In this document: positions 30,001 through 37,217 of the stretch, in pieces
Numbering within the stretch: the stretch's first letter is position 1
Layout of the letters: each line of letters begins with the position of its first letter
Assembly: GCA_965140415.1 (NCBI GenBank)
Contig: OZ223209.1
Coordinates: 3,232,001 to 3,296,000, forward strand
Source: Myxococcota bacterium
GTDB taxonomy: Bacteria > Myxococcota_A > SURF-8
DNA: 64,000 bases
Direction of reading: 5' to 3'
The notes under the pieces: model-generated
Told to the model about the DNA's origin: nothing
What the model saw: the letters and a program-made list of their open reading frames with translations, nothing else
The model's database searches: none
Program-made: the position numbers and the translations under genes

Positions 30001-31253
30001 AATGCAGCAATGGAAGGCGTATTGGCGGGAACGCGCTGGACGATGAGTTCTGCCAGTCCATCATTATCCAGATCCTCTATGCCATGCAGATAGACATTGG
30101 CAAGCGTGGCCTGCACAGCACCATCCGAGGCATCGTATACCGCTAACGTCCACTGATCGGCAACGGAAATGCCATCGTAATCACCGGCAACGGAGCCCGG
30201 CGTTGAATACTCGTTATCCGTGTTATTATATACACTTAGCGCGACATCCACCTGACCGTCACCATTTAAATCGCTTACACTGTTTTCTGCAATGGCAATT
30301 CCCTTTCCCGCTGTTGGGAACCATTGATAGGACCAGGAAACTTCTTTTTTTACGGCGTCGTAAACCAGAACGCCGTAATCCGTGTGGAAGCGGCTTAACG
30401 CTACGATTTCATTCTGCGGGTCATCGTCCACATTCACGATCTGGCTTATCCCCTGAAAATAAGACTGGAAAACAGGAGGTACAATGGTCTGTTCGGTGCC
30501 GTCTTCGCCATTTAGAATCGTGATCTGCGCCGCTTCCCAGAAGACGACCTCCGCGCTGCCGTCGTTGTCCACATCCCCGATGACATAGGCACTGGCATCC
30601 GTGTAGGTTTGGTGCTGGTAGTGCCACAGCTCGTTCAGTTCGGCAGGAGTTTGAAATCCATCCCGAAAGGAAAATGCATGTGTGTACTCGTAGAAACTAC
30701 GCGGTTTGGTGACGAGATCCGGGTAGCCGTCGCCATCGAGATCGCCGACTCTGGCCTGAAATGGTACACTTTTACTGGCACCACTGCCAAAAGCATCGTA
30801 ATACCAAAGAGTTTCACCCGTTTTGCCATTCAGGATCACAACCGCAGCAGGCACATTGGCGCGCAACACGAGCAAGTCCTGTTCACCGTTGCGATCGAAA
30901 TCCCATGCGCCGATGATATAGCTGGCATTCAAGGCGTCGGAAAACCACAGCGTCTGTCCTTGCGGCGTCTTCAGTGCGACCTTGCCACCTACGATCATCG
31001 CAATATCTTTACGGCCATCCCCAGTCAAATCACCGATATAGCTACGAGTTGCGGAAAGACTTCCGCCCAGATAGTAGCTCCATTTCACGGTCGGATGCGT
31101 AATTCCGCCCTGCCCTTGTGACCTTCCCGTAAAACCGGGATCGTGCCGAAAAGTGGGCCAGTCCAGGCTCTGAGAAAAGCCGGGAACGGAAAAGAGAAGA
31201 ACCCAAACGAAGAACAGGGACTTCCCCCAGCTCAGTTTGCTGTTCCGAAACAT
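27096..31253 (-). CDS. Large surface protein: FG-GAP/VCBS beta-propeller repeats, Fn3/FlgD/Big-like domains, DGD linker and C-terminal MYXO-CTERM-like anchor
   Basis: Signal peptide; WPTFRHDPGFTG; many DxDxDG repeats; C-terminus GGCENDMGCQS...IWMLLFFWMIVFRHRRQMRRRS; RBS GGAGG before ATG 31253. Confidence 0.85.
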   Translation of the reverse strand: MFRNSKLSWGKSLFFVWVLLFSVPGFSQSLDWPTFRHDPGFTGRSQGQGGITHPTVKWSYYLGGSLSATRSYIGDLTGDGRKDIAMIVGGKVALKTPQGQTLWFSDALNASYIIGAWDFDRNGEQDLLVLRANVPAAVVILNGKTGETLWYYDAFGSGASKSVPFQARVGDLDGDGYPDLVTKPRSFYEYTHAFSFRDGFQTPAELNELWHYQHQTYTDASAYVIGDVDNDGSAEVVFWEAAQITILNGEDGTEQTIVPPVFQSYFQGISQIVNVDDDPQNEIVALSRFHTDYGVLVYDAVKKEVSWSYQWFPTAGKGIAIAENSVSDLNGDGQVDVALSVYNNTDNEYSTPGSVAGDYDGISVADQWTLAVYDASDGAVQATLANVYLHGIEDLDNDGLAELIVQRVPANTPSIAAFGPIEVYSLVGTTFVFRWSIADAAPFYVRPQDKPDQNVWDYSLQIAAQDVNGDQKQDLYFLLDQNNDGLADHLRAVRSDLASPIVLADWPIPDGESIVLLTLGNELSQPGELSETAIYRSSGYLDILSNTLSQQAHLQGGTFSSSPLVADLDDDGHSELIVTRSSTEFEVLNLSTATALTPPERLWAYRGETAPFSMTIDLNGDGNLEIPAADVLDAVNPKIHLLDEAGEAIWTKEFTGYGSAPQDIAFGDVNLDDVRDAVVTIADTRLPAESDMRLVALDGTDGTEIWNVATSQNYRWVAYRAHLLDITGDGREDVIFHDTYNIEYYNGLDGSLISSVNDTHWLKDNILADFDNDDEQELLIVNFQADKGIQLFELLTESPSFTIPHDYSDEVWERWLALYSHPDGLGFIKSSTMGYLQAFGPDGQADWSGRVWPRNGELGASDPGDGNTLSNLTVCDIDGNGEEDVIFGTDDGFLMAMQLSDQTLLWALPFSVTVSEPVVADVDQDGELEILVATDDGQLHLIDQEDLSAPGEVRDVQLSADYQLVDPSVDIDSTETPDALAASWDDVTGASGYLASVLDDQGNRIVSWVDTGLATDYIVPVSLILNRSYTFQVKAYDDTGRSSLPASSDGVMYMDLTNPVISSFTATPTAFNPLRESTTFHAELEDSSELHEATLNIRDVSNDLQFESSFTLQGKLDQIEQVWTGRDSMSIPLPDGMYTASLSVLDIGDNETTQSLLLYLDTHAPDAPVIEAPTDGAQLTELRPTFSGQTEALSSVTVWMEDQSAALCTVAASASGDFSCVSESDLQQGEQAVVATAMDGAGNTSIPSNVVHFEILAIVDGDLDQESSEGETGDSETPWVDGDIDKPGPVDGDVVEDGDVEFDSESDAVADGDVDGDSIVPGDEEYSSDGDSSSGDNGGPIDPTIPGGCENDMGCQSNPANPPIWMLLFFWMIVFRHRRQMRRRS

Positions 31254-31507
31254 GGTGCATCCTCCGCGATGATGGTTTGCATGGCCGTATAAACAACCGT
31301 AAATACAGGTATTATCATCTAGCGACAGGCGGTTTCCGGACATCCTTGGCGTGGCCAACTCGGTGAGCCGCTGCTACTGATATGGAACGATTTCGAGGCT
31401 CCGATATTTCCAGAAAAAACGACAATGCCACTCCTTTTTTTGTGGCTCAACTCCCACGGCCTGGAAGTGGCTTGTTTTATATTGAGTGTTTTGGGTGACG
31501 GGTGCGC

Positions 31508-31623
31508 GAAACGAAGCTTGCCCATGTGACCCTCGAACACGGGCAAGCCTGCGGCTTAGCCCGCGCCACCCTTCCGTCATTTGAAAGTATTTTTCGGCTT
31601 ACGCCTCGCCGCTACAAGAAGAC
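31508..31623. repeat. Dispersed REP-like repeat family A, copy 1
   Basis: Shares GCTTGCCCATGT..AACACGGGCAA.CCTG.GG.TTAGCCCGCGCCACCC..CGGCTTA.GC..CG.CG.TAC with 42453-42559 and 53345-53507. Confidence 0.85.
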
Positions 31624-31652
31624 ATCACGAATAATGAACAATAACCCCTCTA

Positions 31653-31763
31653 GCCTTACGTGATCGGAGATCGTGGAAGGCTGTGTGTCTTCAATAAGCC
31701 ACGCACGGCCTCCCGGAATTTACATCCCGTGAGACCTTGGCACATCCCGATTACTCGATAGAC
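31653..31763. repeat. Dispersed repeat family B, copy 1
   Basis: Aligns with 56949-57059 (GATCGTGGAAGGC.GTGTGTCTTCAATAAG..ACGCACGGCCTCCCGGAATT...TGGCACATC..GATTACTCGAT). Confidence 0.85.
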
Positions 31764-31775
31764 CGAAAGATCTTC

Positions 31776-32162
31776 TTACTTTTTCCGTTGCTTATCTAAA
31801 GGCGTGACGCAGGTTCCGATGGCTCGGCACACAAGAATGGGTTCATCCAACACATCGCAGGCGCTGTCATGACCGGGAACGGGAGCGATCACTTTTATGG
31901 CGGTAAAGGACATTTTCCGACTGGTCTTGCCTTCTGCGATGATCTCGCCCGATGCCTCGATGTAATCACCGGCATAAACCGGAGCCAGGAATTCAACTTC
32001 CTCATAGGCCCGAAACAAGCCCTCATCGCCATCCTTGCGAATCAACAACTCAGTGGCCACATCACCAAACAACCCCAACATCCGGGCGCCATCAACCAGA
32101 TTGCCACCGTAATGCGCGTCATGAGCACTCATCCGCAAACGAAGAACTACACGCTCACCCAT
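31776..32162 (-). CDS. kal: 3-aminobutyryl-CoA ammonia-lyase-like hotdog protein
   Basis: [58 protein letters not shown]. Confidence 0.82.
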   Translation of the reverse strand: MGERVVLRLRMSAHDAHYGGNLVDGARMLGLFGDVATELLIRKDGDEGLFRAYEEVEFLAPVYAGDYIEASGEIIAEGKTSRKMSFTAIKVIAPVPGHDSACDVLDEPILVCRAIGTCVTPLDKQRKK

Positions 32163-32236
32163 TTTCAACTCCTACACATGATGAACAAGCATAAACGTCA
32201 GGCAACAATCTTACTTATCAGAAAATGGCGATTTGT

Positions 32237-33259
32237 CTAGTCGTCGAACGGATTATCGCGATTATTATCAAGAAACTGCATCAGTTCGGCGATGTTCTTT
32301 CTACTACCAATATATAGAGGCGAGCGGGAATGCAAGCCGTTCGGAGTCAGTTCGAGAATGCGCTGCTCGCCGTTCGTTGCTGCCCCTCCGGCCTGTTCCA
32401 TGATAAATGCCAGCGGATTGGCTTCATACAACAAGCGGAGTTTGCCCTCCGGCTTCTTTTTCTCCTGGGGATACAGGAAGATCCCGCCATAAAGCAGCGT
32501 CCGATGAAAATCGGCCACGAGCGAACCGATGTAACGCAGCGTATAAACCTCGCCCGTTTCCTCGTCCGGCTCTTTCAAACTCGCGATGTACTGCTTCACA
32601 CCTTTGGGCCAACGAGCGGAATAAGCTTCGTTCACGCTGTACACTTTTCCCTTTTCCGGGGTCTTCATATAGGGGTGCGAAAGGAGAAACTCTCCAAAAG
32701 AGGGGTCCATGGTGAAACCGTGCACGCCATCCCCGGAGGAGTAAACCATCAACGTGGAAGAACCATACAGGATATATCCGGATGCAACCTGCTTGTATCC
32801 AGGTTGCGAAAGATCCTCGTCCCGTCCCTGATCGCCTGGCCTCGGATGACGCAGAATCGAGAAAATCGTTCCGATCGACACATTGGCGTCGATGTTGGAA
32901 GATCCATCGAGAGGATCGAAGTTCACCATGTATTCGCCGATAGTCTCTTTGGTTACCGGCACCGAGGCTTCCAGTTCTTCGGACGCCATCGCAGCCAGCA
33001 AACCGGTGCCATTCAACACGTTGATCATTACCCGATTGGCGTATTCATCCAGTTTCTGGACTTCTTCGCCCTGAATGTTGGTATCGCCAGTCATACCCAG
33101 AATATCCGCCAAACCGGCTTTACGCACTTCTGCGGAAATGACCTTCGCCGCAAAAGCAATGTCCATCAACAGCTTGGACAAATGTCCGCGTGCTTCGGGA
33201 TAGCGCTTCTGCGTTTCCATAATATGCCGGTCTATGGTGATATACGCCTGCTTCATCAT
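32237..33259 (-). CDS. fbp: Fructose-1,6-bisphosphatase class 1
   Basis: GEEVQKLD, FDPLDGSSN, RYIGSLVADFHRTLLYGGIF, KLRLLYEANP. Confidence 0.96.
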   Translation of the reverse strand: MMKQAYITIDRHIMETQKRYPEARGHLSKLLMDIAFAAKVISAEVRKAGLADILGMTGDTNIQGEEVQKLDEYANRVMINVLNGTGLLAAMASEELEASVPVTKETIGEYMVNFDPLDGSSNIDANVSIGTIFSILRHPRPGDQGRDEDLSQPGYKQVASGYILYGSSTLMVYSSGDGVHGFTMDPSFGEFLLSHPYMKTPEKGKVYSVNEAYSARWPKGVKQYIASLKEPDEETGEVYTLRYIGSLVADFHRTLLYGGIFLYPQEKKKPEGKLRLLYEANPLAFIMEQAGGAATNGEQRILELTPNGLHSRSPLYIGSRKNIAELMQFLDNNRDNPFDD

Positions 33260-33452
33260 TGAGTCTTCCTCCAAAAGAATTCCAGGCCACACATGCTAAG
33301 GAATGCCTATACCTTAACAGAAGTTTCACTCTCAAAGCAAAAAAAATCCATGCATGGCTGAATGATTGCTTTCACCAAGCAAGACAATCGCCATCCAAAG
33401 AAAATTCCCGTATCCGTTTAAGATTTCGGTTTTATTCCGTTTCGACCGCAGA

Positions 33453-36400
33453 TCAGTCCAGCCAGCCGTAAATCTGGTAGCTTCCCTGCCCCGTAACAGC
33501 CTGAACCAACAGATAGTAGCGATCCTGTGTGACTTCCCATTCAATCGACTGCATCGACTGATCTTCCATCGAGGCGACATCGTAGGTTTCCGACGTGGCA
33601 ACTTCGTCTTTTCTCAAAAAGAGGTGGAAGACGCTTTGTTGCTGGCTATCCAGAATCACGGAAAAATAGCCGCTACTCTGGAAATCGATGTAGTAAAGTT
33701 CCTGCTGAAGTTCATTCAACCTGCCTTCCACAACTTCATCCAGCGGCAAACGTATCGCCGTCTCTGTTCCGGCAAGGGAGACTGTCAGGGAAAATTCACC
33801 GGCTCCGCTATACTTGTGAACCATGATGTAATACACACCGGCCTGGGCCTGTTCGATCACGACCGTTTCATCGGCGGAGGAAGAATAGCCCCGTCCATCG
33901 TAATCTTCCGTCGTCGGCATCTCGCCAAGTCGTACATACAGATCGAAATCCGCTCCCTGTTCCGGTCCATCCAGCGAAACGGACAGATCCGCATTCGCAT
34001 CCAGCACGAACTGGTAGATCACGCTTTCTACCGCATCCGACAACGCCCCTTCCGCAGGGTCATCCGCTAGCAGCGTTTCGATTTCGGATTCACTTTCGAT
34101 TTCGATTTCAAAGCTCTTTTTATCACCGTTCATGAAGGTTTCCGCACTTCCTTCATCGGGCAGGAAAACGACCTCTACCGCATACTGCAATTCATGGATG
34201 CCGCCGCCCAGAAAGTCCAAACTGGAATAGTCAATCGCAATGCGATCCGGGTTGTCTCCATCGAAGTTGACTGCATCTTCTGCAACATCATGGTAGCTCG
34301 TGCCAATCACCGCGCCATCGTCGCCGCTCAACGGATTTCCGGAAGCATCGAATAGCCGTATTGTGGTTTGCAATTGACCACTGACCGTCCCCGGCGTGAC
34401 GCTGTAATACAGATCCCAGCGCAACGTTTTTCCGGTATCGCTTTCCGCTTCTTTATTGAAAGCGTGACCTTTGTCTTCAAACAGTGGCGACTGCGTCTCG
34501 CCTGCCGGTTGATAGGTGGTAAACACGCTCACCGATGGATCGCCGTAGAGGTTGAAGGACAGCATATTCATAAGTGTGCCATCCCCCCAGGAGAAGTAAC
34601 AGGGCTTACTGCGAACCATGGCCAAGGCACGACCGGCGCTGAAGTTTTTGGCCAGATAACTTGTGTAGTAATAGCCGAAGCTGACGTTATCCATGCGGCT
34701 GGAGTTCGGGCTGGACCAGGACGGCGAATAAAGCGTCACGCTTGTCGCTCCCATGGTGGTGACCGCCCCGCCTTTGTAAAGCAGGCTGTGGCCCAGGTTT
34801 CCGCTGCTGTCCGGTCGATGATTCAGGCAACTGACCTGGACTGTATGAGTCGGATGCTCGCTGTCGAAGCAGGAGGAAGACATGCTGCTATAGGCGAAGT
34901 CTTCCCAGTCCTTCTCGTTCATGTCGGCAATGCCATCGTTATCGGTATCTTCCAGCCAGGTTTTCCCGGCTGCGGAAGAACTGTTACCATGCGCCCACCA
35001 GGACGTAATGCCGTAACCTTTGGACCACTCATCGCACACGTTTTGGGTGCTGAAGGTACGATCCGGATCGTATTTAGACGGTTCCGCCCCACGGTTGTCA
35101 TACAGAGAGAATGGTTGCAGCTTATTGGAGGCATTCAAAAAATCACTCTTCATGCGCTCGGCGTATTTCGCGCCATCCACCGTAAAACCTCGATTGACTT
35201 CTTCTTCGCCGCCATTATCACCGTGGTCCATTTCATGGGAAAAGTCGCTGATCGGATTCGGCAATAACACCTTGCTCCGCCACTCGATATCCTGTTGTAA
35301 CTCATAATCCATCGTAAAACGCAGGATATCGTCGAGCCGATCCGTATTGTTGTTGTACACAGGAATGCGACCGACATACAGTTCCGGCGTCAGATCGACG
35401 CCGCCGTAGCCGGTATCGCCATTATTGGAGCCGTATTCACACCAGATCCCGTCACCATCCTTGTCCCAGTTGCCATTGAGATCGGCATAGTAGGCATCCG
35501 TGGCGGTCTTTTCCCAATTGTCCTTTTTCTCTTCCTTATTGTAGCGAGGCCAGCAGACGCGCATCGGCGCGCCGTTGTCGCTGCCATTGGGATCGGACAG
35601 AATCAGCAGGTATTGAATGCCTCGGCGGGCATATTCCTGCTTGAGCCAGTTTCTGGCTTTCTCTGCATTGTCCACGCCTTCCATCACACCGAAGTCATCT
35701 TCCGTGATCAACAGCACCGAGTAACCAATCGACGCTTTGTGCGCCATGAAGTCTTCTAAAACCTCACTTTTCGAAACAATAGCGTTGGTCGTCAGGATGG
35801 CATAATCGGTCTTGGCCACCATTTCCTCCTCATCCGGCGGCGGAGCAAGATAACGATTGCCCATGGTCCCGATATTGGAAAAGAGTGTTTGGGCCTGTCG
35901 ATCAAAGCTGCGATCCTGTAGCAACGTCACCTGCCGACGTCGCTCGATACTGCTTTTTTGCACGGCCACCGGCGTACTCAGATGAACGCGCAATAACGAC
36001 GTACGCAACAATTTCCCGCTTACGGGATTGTAGGAAAATGGGAAGAAGGTCGCACGTACGAACTTCCATTTGCGCATCTGCGCCGCTTCGGAAAGAAGCA
36101 AGGGAGAAGCCGGCCAGTTTTCATCCGTGTTGTAGATCTGGGTGTTTTTACCATCTACGATGTAGGGGCGCTGGGCCAGGTAGTCTTGAAACGTTGCATT
36201 CTCAAGATCGGGACGGAAATTGGCGGGACCGGCGGGAGCCAAATCGTAGGAGCCGATCACATTCACGGTTTCCTCGGAAAGCACTTCCATCGAAATCTGG
36301 CTGGTATCCGCATCCGGAGGCAGCAGTACATTGAACGAAATCGAGGGCAGATCCGGGTTTCCCGGCTCGGAAAGATTACCAAAGCCCTTTACGATGATTT

Positions 36401-36833
36401 CATCCAGCCCCTGCTCGTTCTCATTAAAGGCCAGTCGCAGGCCTTCCGTGTCGATGATGAAAGTTTGAGCGTCGGTGAAACGGATGAAGTTCTCCGGCTG
36501 GCAGACCTTGTCGGAGGCATCGGAAAATGGCAGGCAAACCTCACCGGAAAGGCAATCACTGTCTTTCGTGCAGAAATACTCACGCAGCATTTCCTCACTC
36601 TGAGCGGCTTGAGTGGGAGTCTCTTCGTCTCCCGAGAGTTCGCTGTCAATGTCACCATCGGGAAGGATGTCGCTTCCATCCCCATCGGTTTCAACGTCTC
36701 CAGCCTGTTCCTCATCGCCATCCACTAACGGGTCATCGTTGTTGTCATCGTCAGAGCAGCCGATCAGAATGGTGCAAGAAAGAAGAAAGAGAATCAGCAA
36801 GTGTATTCCGTTGGATAAACGCCCGTGCATCAT
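33453..36833 (-). CDS. C25 (gingipain-like) cysteine peptidase lipoprotein with propeptide and C-terminal PPC-like domains
   Basis: Lipobox LIG-C and DGD linker; PGNPDLP propeptide; TDAYYADL, PELYVGRIP, WWAHG (His), VSCL (Cys), FNLYGDP; ADFDLYVR PPC motif. Confidence 0.85.
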   Translation of the reverse strand: MMHGRLSNGIHLLILFLLSCTILIGCSDDDNNDDPLVDGDEEQAGDVETDGDGSDILPDGDIDSELSGDEETPTQAAQSEEMLREYFCTKDSDCLSGEVCLPFSDASDKVCQPENFIRFTDAQTFIIDTEGLRLAFNENEQGLDEIIVKGFGNLSEPGNPDLPSISFNVLLPPDADTSQISMEVLSEETVNVIGSYDLAPAGPANFRPDLENATFQDYLAQRPYIVDGKNTQIYNTDENWPASPLLLSEAAQMRKWKFVRATFFPFSYNPVSGKLLRTSLLRVHLSTPVAVQKSSIERRRQVTLLQDRSFDRQAQTLFSNIGTMGNRYLAPPPDEEEMVAKTDYAILTTNAIVSKSEVLEDFMAHKASIGYSVLLITEDDFGVMEGVDNAEKARNWLKQEYARRGIQYLLILSDPNGSDNGAPMRVCWPRYNKEEKKDNWEKTATDAYYADLNGNWDKDGDGIWCEYGSNNGDTGYGGVDLTPELYVGRIPVYNNNTDRLDDILRFTMDYELQQDIEWRSKVLLPNPISDFSHEMDHGDNGGEEEVNRGFTVDGAKYAERMKSDFLNASNKLQPFSLYDNRGAEPSKYDPDRTFSTQNVCDEWSKGYGITSWWAHGNSSSAAGKTWLEDTDNDGIADMNEKDWEDFAYSSMSSSCFDSEHPTHTVQVSCLNHRPDSSGNLGHSLLYKGGAVTTMGATSVTLYSPSWSSPNSSRMDNVSFGYYYTSYLAKNFSAGRALAMVRSKPCYFSWGDGTLMNMLSFNLYGDPSVSVFTTYQPAGETQSPLFEDKGHAFNKEAESDTGKTLRWDLYYSVTPGTVSGQLQTTIRLFDASGNPLSGDDGAVIGTSYHDVAEDAVNFDGDNPDRIAIDYSSLDFLGGGIHELQYAVEVVFLPDEGSAETFMNGDKKSFEIEIESESEIETLLADDPAEGALSDAVESVIYQFVLDANADLSVSLDGPEQGADFDLYVRLGEMPTTEDYDGRGYSSSADETVVIEQAQAGVYYIMVHKYSGAGEFSLTVSLAGTETAIRLPLDEVVEGRLNELQQELYYIDFQSSGYFSVILDSQQQSVFHLFLRKDEVATSETYDVASMEDQSMQSIEWEVTQDRYYLLVQAVTGQGSYQIYGWLD

Positions 36834-36971
36834 GGAGATTTCCTTCCTGGTGTTTGGTGACAGTAGTGGCCTGTACTGCTTGGCGTGGTTTTGCAATATA
36901 TGTTTTTGGTTGACTTGTCAAGCCCAGGATTGAATCAGGTATTCTTCTTGGTTCTAATGGAAAATGTGGGA

Positions 36972-37183
36972 AGCTTTCTTTTCCCTTCCCCGACGGAGCC
37001 GCCTCGCATCATGAGGTTTGAGTAACCGGGGTGTTACGGGCGGCGGTCAAGGCCGGAGCGAGAGCGACGTTCATATAGCCTTGACGGTCGCCCGCGCCAC
37101 GGTACAAGCCGAACGTGACGCAATGCGAGCGAACGAAGGCGAAGGGAAAAACCCTTCCTTGATGGTGGGTCTTGTGGATTTCT
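36972..37183 (-). repeat. Dispersed ~210-bp structured element family C, copy 1
   Basis: Reverse complement aligns with 59930-60142; nested inverted repeats. Confidence 0.85.
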
Positions 37184-37217
37184 GCTTTGCTTTCCGCTTT
37201 TGGGACTCGACCCCAAT

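Noticed and set aside
31405-31435. Sigma54 promoter for the FG-GAP gene (minus strand TGGCAT)
   Set aside because: The -12 element reads TTTT with no GC or C match; too weak to call.
32330-33262. 310-aa plus-strand ORF
   Set aside because: It lies entirely antisense to fbp and has no motifs; a shadow ORF from codon bias.
34368-35267. 299-aa plus-strand ORF, and similar ORFs opposite the giant gene, helicase and ccr
   Set aside because: They are antisense to well-supported genes and have no recognisable domains.
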